The translations under genes and the position numbers were made by a program. Below, in pieces: positions 49,744-61,311 of a stretch of DNA of 64,000 nucleotides. The notes beneath the pieces were generated by a model. That model saw nothing but the letters and a program-made list of their open reading frames with translations, had not been told where the DNA came from and did no database searches. Where the stretch lies: contig CM075979.1 of assembly GCA_038087875.1 (NCBI GenBank), positions 86,552,001 to 86,616,000 on the forward strand, written 5' to 3'. Source of the stretch: Malacoraja senta (lineage: Eukaryota). How positions within the stretch are numbered: the stretch's first letter is position 1; the number at the start of each line of letters is the position of its first letter.

Positions 49744-50466
49744 ACCAGTTTGAAATGACTTGTTTAATCAGCTCCTGTTGATCACTCTCAATGTAGATTT
49801 TGAGCTCAAATCCTGGAGCAATTTAGCCTTTGACCTTTTGACCCTCTGACTCAGATGTGATCACTGACAGTTGTGTCAAACTACAGCCTATTCTTGAGCT
49901 CCACCATATCTTCAACTATTTCAAGTTTGTAAGGTTGTCATCACTGTCACATAGGTGGTCACATGAGGAAATGGTTACTAACCGAAAAACAAATCAATTT
50001 AAGACCATTTTAATTGTGCAGCCAAACCTATTCAAACAGTTAAATTGTATCAAATTGCTGTCTCAGATAATGCATTAATTGTCTCATCACATAAATCATT
50101 TAATCTGCATGTTAATTCCTTTCCCAAGTGTTATCAGACTGCTTGAGACGGTTTCATTCAGGACATCATAATGACTGCAAACAATTGCAGCAGTTTTCTC
50201 AAAGGACGATTGTAATTCGGAATTCGTTGCCACAAACGTTCTTCGGGGCTAAGATTATGGGATGACTTAATCTATGTATGTTAAGAAGAATATGAAATGT
50301 TGTAGCGAGATGGTACCAGAGCAAATATGTTCATATAAAAAACAGAACTACTTGAGAGATGTCATTCTTCTGTGTCCTAGTTTCTTTCACTATGTCACGA
50401 GTCATTTATTGTCATATGTCCCAAAATGGAACAATGAAATTCTAACTTGCAGCAGCACAACAGATA

Positions 50467-50857
50467 TCTATATAACTAAAACTCTCATCTTGTTTGTGTG
50501 TATGTGTGTGTGGGTGGGTGTCATCTGGGCACAATCTGCTTGATTCTCATTTCCTTACAATTGCTAGGCCACATCCTTCCCATTTTCACACATTCTACTC
50601 ACATTTTTCCCCACGAGGCGATAAACGTCTTCCCGTCGCATTCCCACCTATATTTCCGAACATTTTAACCCTTTAAAGTTTTTTAAACTCACCCATTTCG
50701 GGGAAAAAACCCAGAGTGACGTCACAATGGCAGGGCAGGGACACTCCGGGAGGGAGGGGCACACCAGCGCACTCGAGTGACGTCACAATGCACTCGCGAG
50801 GCAGTACGGGGCACTCCGGAAGGGAGGGCCACTCCAGCGCTCGTGCTGCGGCTGCCG
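50467..50857 (+). mobile_element. Non-autonomous Helitron, 3'-truncated second copy
   Basis: A|TCTATATAACTAAAACTCT 5' end; colinear with reverse complement of 31635-32011; internal ~60-bp duplication; inserted in a Rex/RTE-type tail relic (~50393-50466). Confidence 0.8.
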
Positions 50858-52203
50858 GTGCCCGACACCTGGTGGTGGCACCGCATACATACTCAACATA
50901 CCGCATACCTCAATCAGCCAACATATTCAAGAGATATGGGGAAAAAGCAGGAACTGGGTAATGATCATATTGCTGGCTCGAAGGGCCAAATGGCCTACTC
51001 CTGCACCTATTTTTCTATGTTTCTATGAATCCCTCCGTTGCCCAACCTGGCTCACCATGGTCATTTCTTGCACACACATGTCCTTTAGGTCATATTCTCC
51101 TAACAATGACAACGTATTTGTCCCCTCGTTCTTTCACTTCATTGTCAGCAACCGCTTTTTCAACAAGTGCAGCCTGATCTTTGCAGCCTTATTCTGCAAA
51201 CTTCTCTTTCATTATCTCTCCCTGATTTCAAAAACTATTTAAAGATCTTTCTCCGCAACCATGCTTTTGTTTACTTTAAAAGCCTCTGGTTCCTTCTCTA
51301 CCCTCCTGTTTCTTGTCCATTTTTTTAGTCCATCACTTTATAAATAAAAATGAAACATTATCTTGTACAGGACTTTAACAAAAGTGTGAGTTAGTTGAAT
51401 AGTTATTAGTAATCTTGGAGTTTCTTGAATTTTCACTTCTTCAAAAAAATCTTATTTACATTTGTATGTTCACAAATTACTGCATAAATGGGCAAAGCAA
51501 CTGCAAATACAATGTATAAATTACAGTTAGTGTAACATGAGATATGATGTATACAACTTTTATATTACTTTCTGGTAGTAATATGTGATCAAACAAAACG
51601 TTACTAAAAGTTGTAACTTGTGTTGGAATAAAGGATCAATTAATGAGAAGAATGGAAGCATTTCAGGGTGAAAGTAACGTTTTCTAAAGGTGAACTGCTA
51701 GGTATATCTTTAAAGCATTCCTCACCTCCTGTACAAAGAACCAGACCTTATTATTTGTGTTATTATGAAGGACTGCAGAGGGCCATTCTGACTTTTTTCC
51801 TTCCATTCATAATGTTTATGTTCATAGTCACCTGGATGTCATAAATTCATCACTTTTAAGTTGTTGTAACAGGTTTTTTAGATTGTGTAAGAACAACTGT
51901 GTTCATAACGTTCACATTTGGATTTCCTTTAACTTACCTCCCCCTTCTGTAACTTAGGACAAGGCATTTTCAAGTTATAATCAAGCATTTTAAATATTTT
52001 TCATTAAAATGCATTGATTTTTAATTGTCCGAGATTCTGAGGAGTGACTTGCTGGTTGGCAACTCACGCCGTGACCTTGTTCATGAAGCGTGAAAATGTG
52101 AGAAAATTCCTGGTATCTCTTTCCCACAATATAATTAATTGACAGTATGGGCAGCATTGTTTGATTTGATGTACAAATGTGACCAAAAACAACATTGTCT
52201 TAT

Positions 52204-52300
52204 TTGAAGAAGAGTCCTGACCTGAAATGTCACCCATCCATGTTCTCTAGAGATGCTGCTTGACCCGCTGAGTTACACCAGCATTTTGTGTCCTTTTTTG
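52204..52300 (+). mobile_element. Degenerate hammerhead-headed Penelope-derived short element
   Basis: tgaagaagagtcctgacctgaaatgtcacc...; short TSD cttatt. Confidence 0.75.
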
Positions 52301-52947
52301 CTTATTAATATCAGTAATGTTGCTATCAATATGAAGTAAAATGTTTTGATTGAGAAGCAATGTTAAGGAGCATTTTAATTTCGGTTTAATTTCCATTCGT
52401 CACTTCCTCTCTGCAGGGTTTGGATTAAATTCCCTGGAGTAACAGGCACCTTCTGATACCGTATGAGCAGCAATGCAACAGGAGTTGGCAAATCCGTTCA
52501 TTGAGCCTGCTGTACTAATTGCACTAGGACGTGTGATAGGAATGAAATAGGGTGCTTTGAGCTAAATAATACTTGTGGTACTGGAGAATAAAAGTCAGCT
52601 GTTGGACAGGTAAATGGTTGGCATCGGTTTAGAGGGAGATGCGCCAAATGCAGGCAGGTTGGACTAGTGTAGATGGGGCATCTGGGTTAGCATGGACAAG
52701 GTGGGCCGAAGGGACTGTTTCTGTGCTCTTCGACTCTATCATTGTTGTAGAGAACACAAGGCAATTGTGTCCAAATCTTTTGGATTGAGGCGGATGAAAT
52801 CCTTGTAATTCAACCACTAATAGCTCTGTTCATTTTGCCTTTAGGTAAAATGTATCTGTTTATGTAGTCCTGGCATCTCTCTCAGGTGGTCCAAATTAGG
52901 TTGGATTATTATTCATATAAAACTATCTTGAGTGCTGTAGACTGTAA

Positions 52948-53450
52948 AAGGCCTGTCTCACGGGTATGCGGTTACTGGCGGTTACTGGCGGTGAAGCAGG
53001 AAGTTGGGACCGCTCGTGGACCGCCAGAGACCGCGCATGGCCCGCGGGGTCGGTCCCACGCACACCGCCAGGACCGTGCGGTGTTGGTCCCAACACCGCA
53101 CGGTGCTCACAAAAAGTCGACAACGTTAAAAAATGTTGTCCTGCCGCACAGCCGCCGCCAGTGCGGCACGAGCACCGCCACAGCCGCCGCCAGTGCGCCG
53201 TGAGCACCACTAGCACCGCCACAGCGCCACGAGCCGAATTGACGTCATCGCCTAGCGCGTTGCGTTATGTTGTCATCACCCGACGCAGCGCTCGTGGGAC
53301 AGGCCGTGCGGTGATCACCCGGCATACGCGCGGCATCCGTGCGGCGCTCCCGCAGCATACGCGCGGCGCTCTTGCGGTAGCCGCGCGGTCCCTGCTTCCG
53401 GCGACGCCGCGCTTCACCGCCAGTAACCGCCTGCCCGTGGGACAGGGCCA
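52948..53450. mobile_element. CpG-rich PIF/Harbinger-like MITE
   Basis: TIRs ggcctgtctcacgggtatgcggttactggcggt / accgccagtaaccgcctgcccgtgggacagggcc, flanked by TAA and TTA; internal imperfect palindromy and short tandem duplications. Confidence 0.75.
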
Positions 53451-53547
53451 TTAGACTTTGAAAATAAAATGGTTGACAATGTTTTCTAATTAGAGAGAGA
53501 GAAAGAACAGAAACGGGCCTATTAAAACATGTCCATTAAAACATTGT

Positions 53548-53805
53548 TCCAACAATGTATCCCTCTTGGGTTCACACTGTCCCAAGCCAACAATCGGCCT
53601 ATTGGAACCACCCTACCTGATGTAATCTGTTGCCGGCCCTGATTTGTCCTGGTCTTTTCTTGCTTCCAGTTCCTCCCCCCTACATTCAGTCCGAAGAAGG
53701 GTCCCGACCCCAAACTTTACCTATCCATTTTCTCCAGAGATGCTGCCTGATCCGCTGAGTTACACCAGCATTTTGTGTCTATCTTTGGTATAAACCAGCA
53801 TCTGC
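53548..53805 (+). mobile_element. Penelope 3' UTR fragment with degenerate hammerhead
   Basis: cagtccgaagaagggtcccgaccccaaac...ccagcattttgtgtctatc..aaaccagcatctgc. Confidence 0.75.
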
Positions 53806-56800
53806 TGCTCATTTTCAGGTGTTCCACTAATATTTCAGTTCCTATTGTCTGGAATTCTCATTCTTAACCCCCATTTCTCTCTCCTCCTTTAGGGTGTTCT
53901 TTGAAACATTTATCTGACTAATTATTTGTCATCAGTTCATCTTGCGTGACTCAGTGTTCAATAATTTTTTGATAATTACTACATTAATGATGGTAAATAA
54001 TGTAGGTTTCCCTGTGAATTATTTCTGTTCCTTTTTGGGGGTAAATGTTTTCTATTTACTGGTCAATAGAAACATTGACTTGATGAAGCATAACCTAAAG
54101 TGCAAATTCCACGCCGTATAGGTTAGAAGAGCAGAGAAAATAAGAATAAACATATCACGGGCATCGATCTTGCCAAAAGAATAATTATATTTTACTACCA
54201 ATAAACCAAAGTATTACTTTAAATATGTAAAAACAAACAAAAGCAAAGTTATAAAATACAAAAGATTGGCAACAATCAAAATATACATAAAAAATCCCTG
54301 GCTAATGAGCATTTTTTAAATAAATCCAGTAACATGGATTCCTTTGGTATACCTCAAATTATTTATTCCCAAAATAAACATATGTTACCAATTTCATTAA
54401 CTTCCCCTGATAATTTATTCTAGCTTGATAGGGTCCTGTGGAAAAGTAGTTCCACCTGACTTCATCTTCTTAATATTTAACTACATATATGAATTCCTCA
54501 CAACACGAAACTTGGATAAAGCTTGGATCAGCTTTATTAAGTTTCCTTAATAATTTTTAAGTCTTCCATTTGGTGAGGTCAGTACTTTTTCCAGAAAATA
54601 AATTTTCATAATCATTTTTTTAAATTCCTGAAACTCATAAAAGTTGTTGCAAGAGGATAAAAGTATTTGGAACTGCAATTAATTAGCATTCATACAACTT
54701 ATTTATAATTGGTTCTCTGTTCCCTGCTAAGACAAAACACACATTTGTTTCAAGTTTTTCAAGTAAGGAAAGTATCAAGGTTCTCTAATTTACTACAATG
54801 CATTTTAAACATGTACTCCGTCTTTTGGTTCCAGTTGTTTAAAAAACACATTCACATTGAAAGTCCATAACAGTTTACAGTTTAGTTTATTGTCACGTGT
54901 ACCGAGGTACAGTGAAAAGCTTTGGTTGCGTGCTATCCAGACACGGGAGGTCTGAAATAAAAACAGAAAATGCTGGATACCTATTTTATTTTTGTGGCTC
55001 AGTGTTAACCCTGTTTCTCTTTCTCCAGATGCTGTCTGACCTGCTGAGTTGCTCCAGTATTTTCTGCTTTTATTTCATACTTCTAGCATCTAATGGTTTA
55101 GTTATTTAATAATAATTAAAGCCCTGATTTTACCTCCATGTGCAAGGATCGTTCAATTAGTAAGCCCTGGGAAAATCAGCGTAGAAATTTTTACTCCCTG
55201 ATTTCTTTTTAGGGTTGAAAGTGAGGTTTTCTCTCAAACCGGATGTGAAATGTTTATGCATTGCGCCGTTGGGAATTTGGGTGACACAAGGCTGTTGCAA
55301 GGGATCGGCAACTCGAAGCTAAGTGATGAAGTGTGATCGCGAGTGCATTGAAGTCTAGGGTGACTATGATAGTCACTGGTCAGCTGCTCACCTGCAGAAA
55401 ATGGAAAGCTGCAAACGGTCAGATTATTCTTCGAAGATCACCGAACTTATAATGAGAAAGATCTTTCTGCTATTTACTTTATCCAATCCACAGAAGTGCA
55501 ATCTCTACCCCGAGTTTATTGAGGCATTCAACTGTTTCTTGAATTGTTTCAAATATTCCAAATGTGCACTCTGTTATACAGAAAACTATTGCAGCCCTTA
55601 GTTACCCTTGGCGTGAAGAAATGCATCCTGTTGACCGTCCTAACTCATTATTATACCCTTTAAGAGATCATGAGATTGAGGTAATATTAATGTTAAGAAT
55701 GACTTCTCTCCAGTAGCAAGATCAGTGGCCAGTAACTACCATTGATCTTGCTACCATAATAAATTCTAGGCTGGGGAGAGCTGTACAAGCACACAGAGAA
55801 AGGGGGAGAATCAGCATCCAATACGAGGAACTACACCATGGGGTCCTGGTAGTCTGTTACTGAATGGAGCAGCCATTGTTGATCCTGAACAATGGTCCAC
55901 ACACTCTCCCTGCCTGCCCAGTGCAGCCCTGAGCTCCACGACCCAGTCCCAATTGGTCATTCCACTCTCCCATCCCACCTAACACCAGCCATTCCAGTCT
56001 TGTGTCTCCTCACTGAGATATGAGATGATCCATCGCTGGATTCATGCCAACTTTCCAGCAAAATGGCATGCAGCGATGGAAAGCGAAGAGATTCACAACA
56101 TGTTGCCAGCTTAGCAATGTGGAAGTCACAAGTTCACACCATGTTCCCAGCACTGCTACGCTCTCAGTAACATATTTATTTACATAAAAGGCTCTAATGA
56201 CACCCATTATCACTCCTGTGAATGCATCCTGCATGCAGAGTGAGGTACCAGTGTACTTCAAGATTTGTATACAGTTTATATTCTTCTTTGTATTATACTC
56301 ATGGCAATAACATTGTCATGGTTTGGTTCTTATGACATAGTTTAAGCTGCCCAACGGTAATTGAAAAGCAGCATTGGCATTTGGTATCATTAGCTTATTT
56401 TTAGAAAACAGGTTATTTTACACAGATTACTCAAATGTTGTTAAATAATTTTGTTAAAGGTAGGCTATAATGCTGTACATGAAAAGTAAAGTATAACTTC
56501 AAGTTATTACTTTCGAAGAAAATCCAGTTTTTATAAGTTTAAGGGCTGATTACTCAGTAATTACTTAAGTGGCAGACAATACCAAGTAATGACAAAATAG
56601 CCTGAAGACATTAAGCCTTTTCATTTCTAGTAGGTCAAGTGCAAGCATAAATTATCTAAAATACCTTAAAATTATTACCCAATTCCTGCAATGAAACCCA
56701 GCCCACAGCCCATTCTGATGTTCCTGTAAGTATATCCAGAGGATGGGCTCACAGCTGGAGGGAAGAAAGGAGTTCGCTAGCTGTTATTTTTCCACTGATT

Positions 56801-57817
56801 TTGCAGATTAGCACATCCTCAAACTTGCTCCACCTTTTTGAGTGTGGAGAATTAGGTTCAGACTTCTTATTCTTCATAGTCTTTGCAGGAGAACCGACAG
56901 GCACTCTCGATACAGCAGGAACGTTCAGTTAAACTACTAAATGCTGGAAATGGACAGCAAGTCAGACGGCATCTATAAAGTGGGAAACAGAATTAAACTT
57001 TCATCAGAAATGGGAAAAAAAGAGACAAATCAGGATTTAAGATACAAATAAAGAAGGAACAGGAATGAGACTTGTGAAAGAACGGAAGACGGGATGACAG
57101 GCTAGGTTGTCACCAATGACCCATCAACGAGTGCTGGGAGCATTCACTTTTAAATAGTGCTGGGGATGGTGACAAGGACGGGCATTTTGAATGGCTAGAT
57201 GGAGGTGATTCTGCAGGCCGATAGTTCAAATTGTAGCAAAAGTAAGATCAAAAAGTTAAGGCCCAATTCACCAGACTGAAAGATCAGGGCATGAAAAACA
57301 GGAGACTACAAGTTGCATGAGTTTTGGTTCAGTGTAAGGATTGCCAAAGTTCTTCACTTTCTGGCAGGCAGCTTTAAGTGAGGGGCAGCAGTAGAGATTA
57401 TTATCTTTTCCCATTGACATAATCTCCAAGCAGATCAGCTGTGCTCAACATGTCCTTCACCACCGTCTCTCAGCTGGTACCCCCACCATTTCTAGCGTTC
57501 AGACTCTCGTGGTCTCCACCTAATACAGACATTCCATTTATTCTGTTCACCCTGTCCCCTTTGCTGCAACATAAAACATATAATTTTTAACTTTTCATAG
57601 TTTTGATGAAAGCTCATTGACTTGAAATACTAACACAATTTTTCTCATAGGTAAACTTGATCTACTCGGTTACATTTCATCATTACAACAGGGGTAAAAT
57701 TGATGGTCCCAGCAGCGTCGGTTTTTCGGAATTTTTCCAGAATGTTCCAAAAAGAGCATTATACAAGGAGAGACATCATCATGACCTGGAAACTGAGGCA
57801 CGAGTGCAAGGATATCT

Positions 57818-58575
57818 AGAATAGAACAGAATAGAATAAAGTTTATTGTAATTTGAACCTAAGTTCAAACGAAATTACGTTTCTGCACATACAAACAAGA
57901 AAAAAAACCAAGGCACACAATTGACATAAACATCCATCACAGTGAATCTCCAAACACCTCCTCACTGTGATGGAAGGCAAAGTCTTGTCTCTCCCCTGTT
58001 CTTTATTCTTCTCCCGATGTTAAAGCCCCCGGCGGGCGATGGTAAGTCCCGCGGCCGTTAAAGCCGCGCCGGGCGATGTAAGGCCCCGTTCCGGGTCGTT
58101 TTTAACCCCGCGATTCGGGCGGGAGAAGTTGCCGTTGCGGGAGCTCCGAAAAAGGGTCTCGCATCAGGGACCCGCGAGCTCCCGATGTCACCGTCCACCG
58201 GGCCTGCGGCTGGAGCCTCCGAAGCTCCGAAGTCGGGTCGCAGCCGCGCGCCACCACAGCTCTCCACGCCACGAAGCCGGCCAGCTCCACGATGATGAGT
58301 CTGCAGGCTCCGCGACTGGAGCCCCCAGGTCGTTCCGGTGGAGGCCGCTCCACGGTGCTAGGCCCCAACGACAACGGAGACCCGACAGGAAAAAGGTTGG
58401 GTCCCCCGTACAGGGAAGAGATTCCCTCACCCCCCCCCCCCCCCCCCCCCCCCACATATACACAGCTAAAAATAATATATAAACTACAACCAAAACATGC
58501 ACTTAACAGTACAAAAAGAAGGGAAAAAAAGACAGATGGACTGCAGAGGCCGCTGCCACGAGGCGCCGCCACTTC
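57818..58575 (-). mobile_element. GC-rich non-autonomous retroposon with Rex/RTE-type tail
   Basis: Minus strand starts aagtggcggcgcc, CpG-rich body with a poly-G run, ends with stem-loop tttgaac-ttag-gttcaaa, aataaa and (TTCTA)n. Confidence 0.6.
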
Positions 58576-61220
58576 CAGATCTTGTGCCAGGAGCAAATTT
58601 CAGGAGTGCCACTAAACAGCCCTGAAATAAATATTACTGCTTCCCTCTGGGGAAAGTCCATTTCCAGTGGTGTATCTCTGAATATTAATAGTATTATTCA
58701 CTAGAATTTCTAAGAACATGGAAACTGAATCACTGCATAAATTTTGGCATTTGTTTAAAGGTATTTTGTCCTGAAGATAAAATGTTTTAATACTTTCGGA
58801 AAACGATTTGGAATAGCTGAAAAATAGGATTTTTTATAAATCTAGTAATACTGTACCACGTTTTGAGGTTGACCATAAGACGATATGAAATCTCTGGAGA
58901 CAGTACAATTGAGTACATAAATTATCTGCGTCCATTTGCTTTTTGCATGCCTTTGTGATTTATGTTCTCTACTTCTTCCCCCTCTATATGATTCTCCTAG
59001 CTTATAGGAATAGTAGATTGTTTTCAATTGTACAATTCTGCAAAATAAATCATTCATTGCTTCAACATCGTGTCCACAACTGAGCCTTGCTTCAGGAAAA
59101 TGAAGTGGGTAGGAGGTTTCCAATTGAGTTTAATAAGCAGATGGGATCTGCTGTTGCAGAGTTTATCATTGCAGATGGTTTAGTTTAATCCCAAGCCTGC
59201 ACTATGTTTGAACCACATCATTTCGCATATATTCACAACCATGTGCATATGGTATCTTTTATTCCTCGTCCCCAGGTTTGCTTGCTTGATAATATTTCAT
59301 ACAGAAGTATTAAGTAATCTGATCCAGCTTCGATTTCTCTAATCTTTACTTAGTTGACAACTGTTATAAAGACGGTACCAAGCATAAATATGAGCATCTG
59401 AAGGCTACTACAGAAGGAGAAACTTAACTGAGTTATTAATCTTGTGTTGTGCAGTTAGTTAGTTGCTCTGAACCTCTCAGTGTCTTTGAGTTATTTAAAT
59501 GGTACTAAAGCTATTTTAGTGCATTGAGCATTGTCAGTTTCTAATGAACCTGCTGTGTTATATGAAAACTGCATTTGCATCTATCCTAAACTGGTGGAGC
59601 TGGAGTCTGTTTGATGCTCTGAGCAAAATTGTTTAAATGTTGTAATGTGTTTTATGACGGATTTAGATGACGGTTAAAAATTGATAGGAGCATAAGTTCA
59701 TTTCAAAAGGCCATAGGGATACCAAAGATGATAAATGTATTGTTATATAGTGTCCTCTGATGGAAAGGGTATGGATGTTGCACCCAAAAATACCGGCTGT
59801 TTTTCTCAACAGAATTGTGGCAGAGCAGACGTCAGGAGCTTCCATTTCTCACCCTGGTTTGTATTTAGCATCAAACAGAGTAAAAAATGCTGTAACTTGG
59901 ATGTTCACCAGAGATAGTGGATTGGAATAACAATTGCTTCTTTGCTCCGTGAGGAAAAATGGGCACTTTAACCCTATGGCCTCACGCTGGCAAAGAAGCT
60001 AATCTTCTATTAGATGGTAAAACAAAGTATGCCATAATTAACAGGGTGCCCAAAGGTTTTCAGGCTAGGACTCCATCACAGAAGCCTGAATGGGCCCGAT
60101 ATCTGTTCTTCAGAAGATGTCCCTGTTGAGTTGTTCCTTGCATTTACTTTACTGAGCGATACGGAAATGAGATAGTTAAGGGATTTTTACTGAAACGTAT
60201 ACGTCCGCCCTCTCTTGAACTTGGCTCATATTCGCAATATGCCTGGACCTTGCCTGGTCATGCCCAATCATAGTTTTGCACCTTGGGTTGGAACATGGAA
60301 TTTTTGGATCCCTCTCAAATTTGCTGGGTTAATTGCTGCAATCCTGAATGATTTCCCAGAGGAAATTCAAGATATTTTTGTAATCATGCAGAGGGAATGT
60401 TGCCTTCTATGAGGCTCAGGCTTTACGTGACCTAAAGAGTGCATCACGCTGGGAGAAAAAACATCTCAATCACAAAGCTACGTTCTTCCCCACAGGATCC
60501 TGTTAAAACATAAAATGACAAGCTCTTCTCTGAAATTATCCTTTGCAGCTGGGCCAGGGCAAGGTGAGGGATTCAATCCCATGATTTAGAGTTAAAGCTG
60601 GATTTTTTCAGCTGTATGCAAATACTTATAGTCCTTCAATTTAGCATGATGCAAATCAAAATATTGTTGGTATGCCAACAAGTAAATGAAAAATATCTGT
60701 CGAACTGTGCTTCAGTGATACACCCCTCGACAGCCCCTCTGACAGGTTGAAAATATAGCCACATCTGTACACCGATCTTGTATAAAAACAAGAAAAGGCA
60801 TTGGCTGGAATGGTAGCTGCAGATGGTCCAAACATTCCTTTCAATTTTACTGGTGGTAAATTCCAGTATATAATATCCTGCAAGGTAAATGTAAGTAAAC
60901 TTTTGATGGGGTTATAGGGCTCGGCCTGCATGGCTGCAATGTCATTTATGAAGAAGATAGAAACAAAATGCTGGAATAACTCAGCAGGACAGGCGGAATC
61001 TCAACATTTATGAATTTTGGCCAGACATTCAACATGTTTCTACATTTCCAATTTTTATATCTCAAATTTTCTCAAACTACTTGTTTTTTGGGAATTATCT
61101 TTATAAGCAAATAATTATAATTCATTTTTCTAAACATTATTACAATAGTAAGGAGAGGTTTTGATTACTGCCTTATGATATGGGATCATTACAGAGGATG
61201 TTCAGAGTCAAAATGGTTTG

Positions 61221-61311
61221 AAGGGTAGACAGAAATGCTGGAGGATCTCAGCGGGTGAGGCAGCATCTGTGGAGCGAAGGAATAGGTGACGTTTTGGGTC
61301 GAGACCCTTCT
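61221..61311 (-). mobile_element. Hammerhead-headed Penelope-derived short element
   Basis: Perfect TSD tcaaaatggtttg at 61208-61220 and 61312-61324; 5' junction falls inside CTGA with TGA microhomology. Confidence 0.9.

Noticed and set aside
52886-53454. Overlapping 100-160 aa ORFs (also 58039-58615)
   Set aside because: Stop-poor GC-rich repeats; no recognisable domain or splice context
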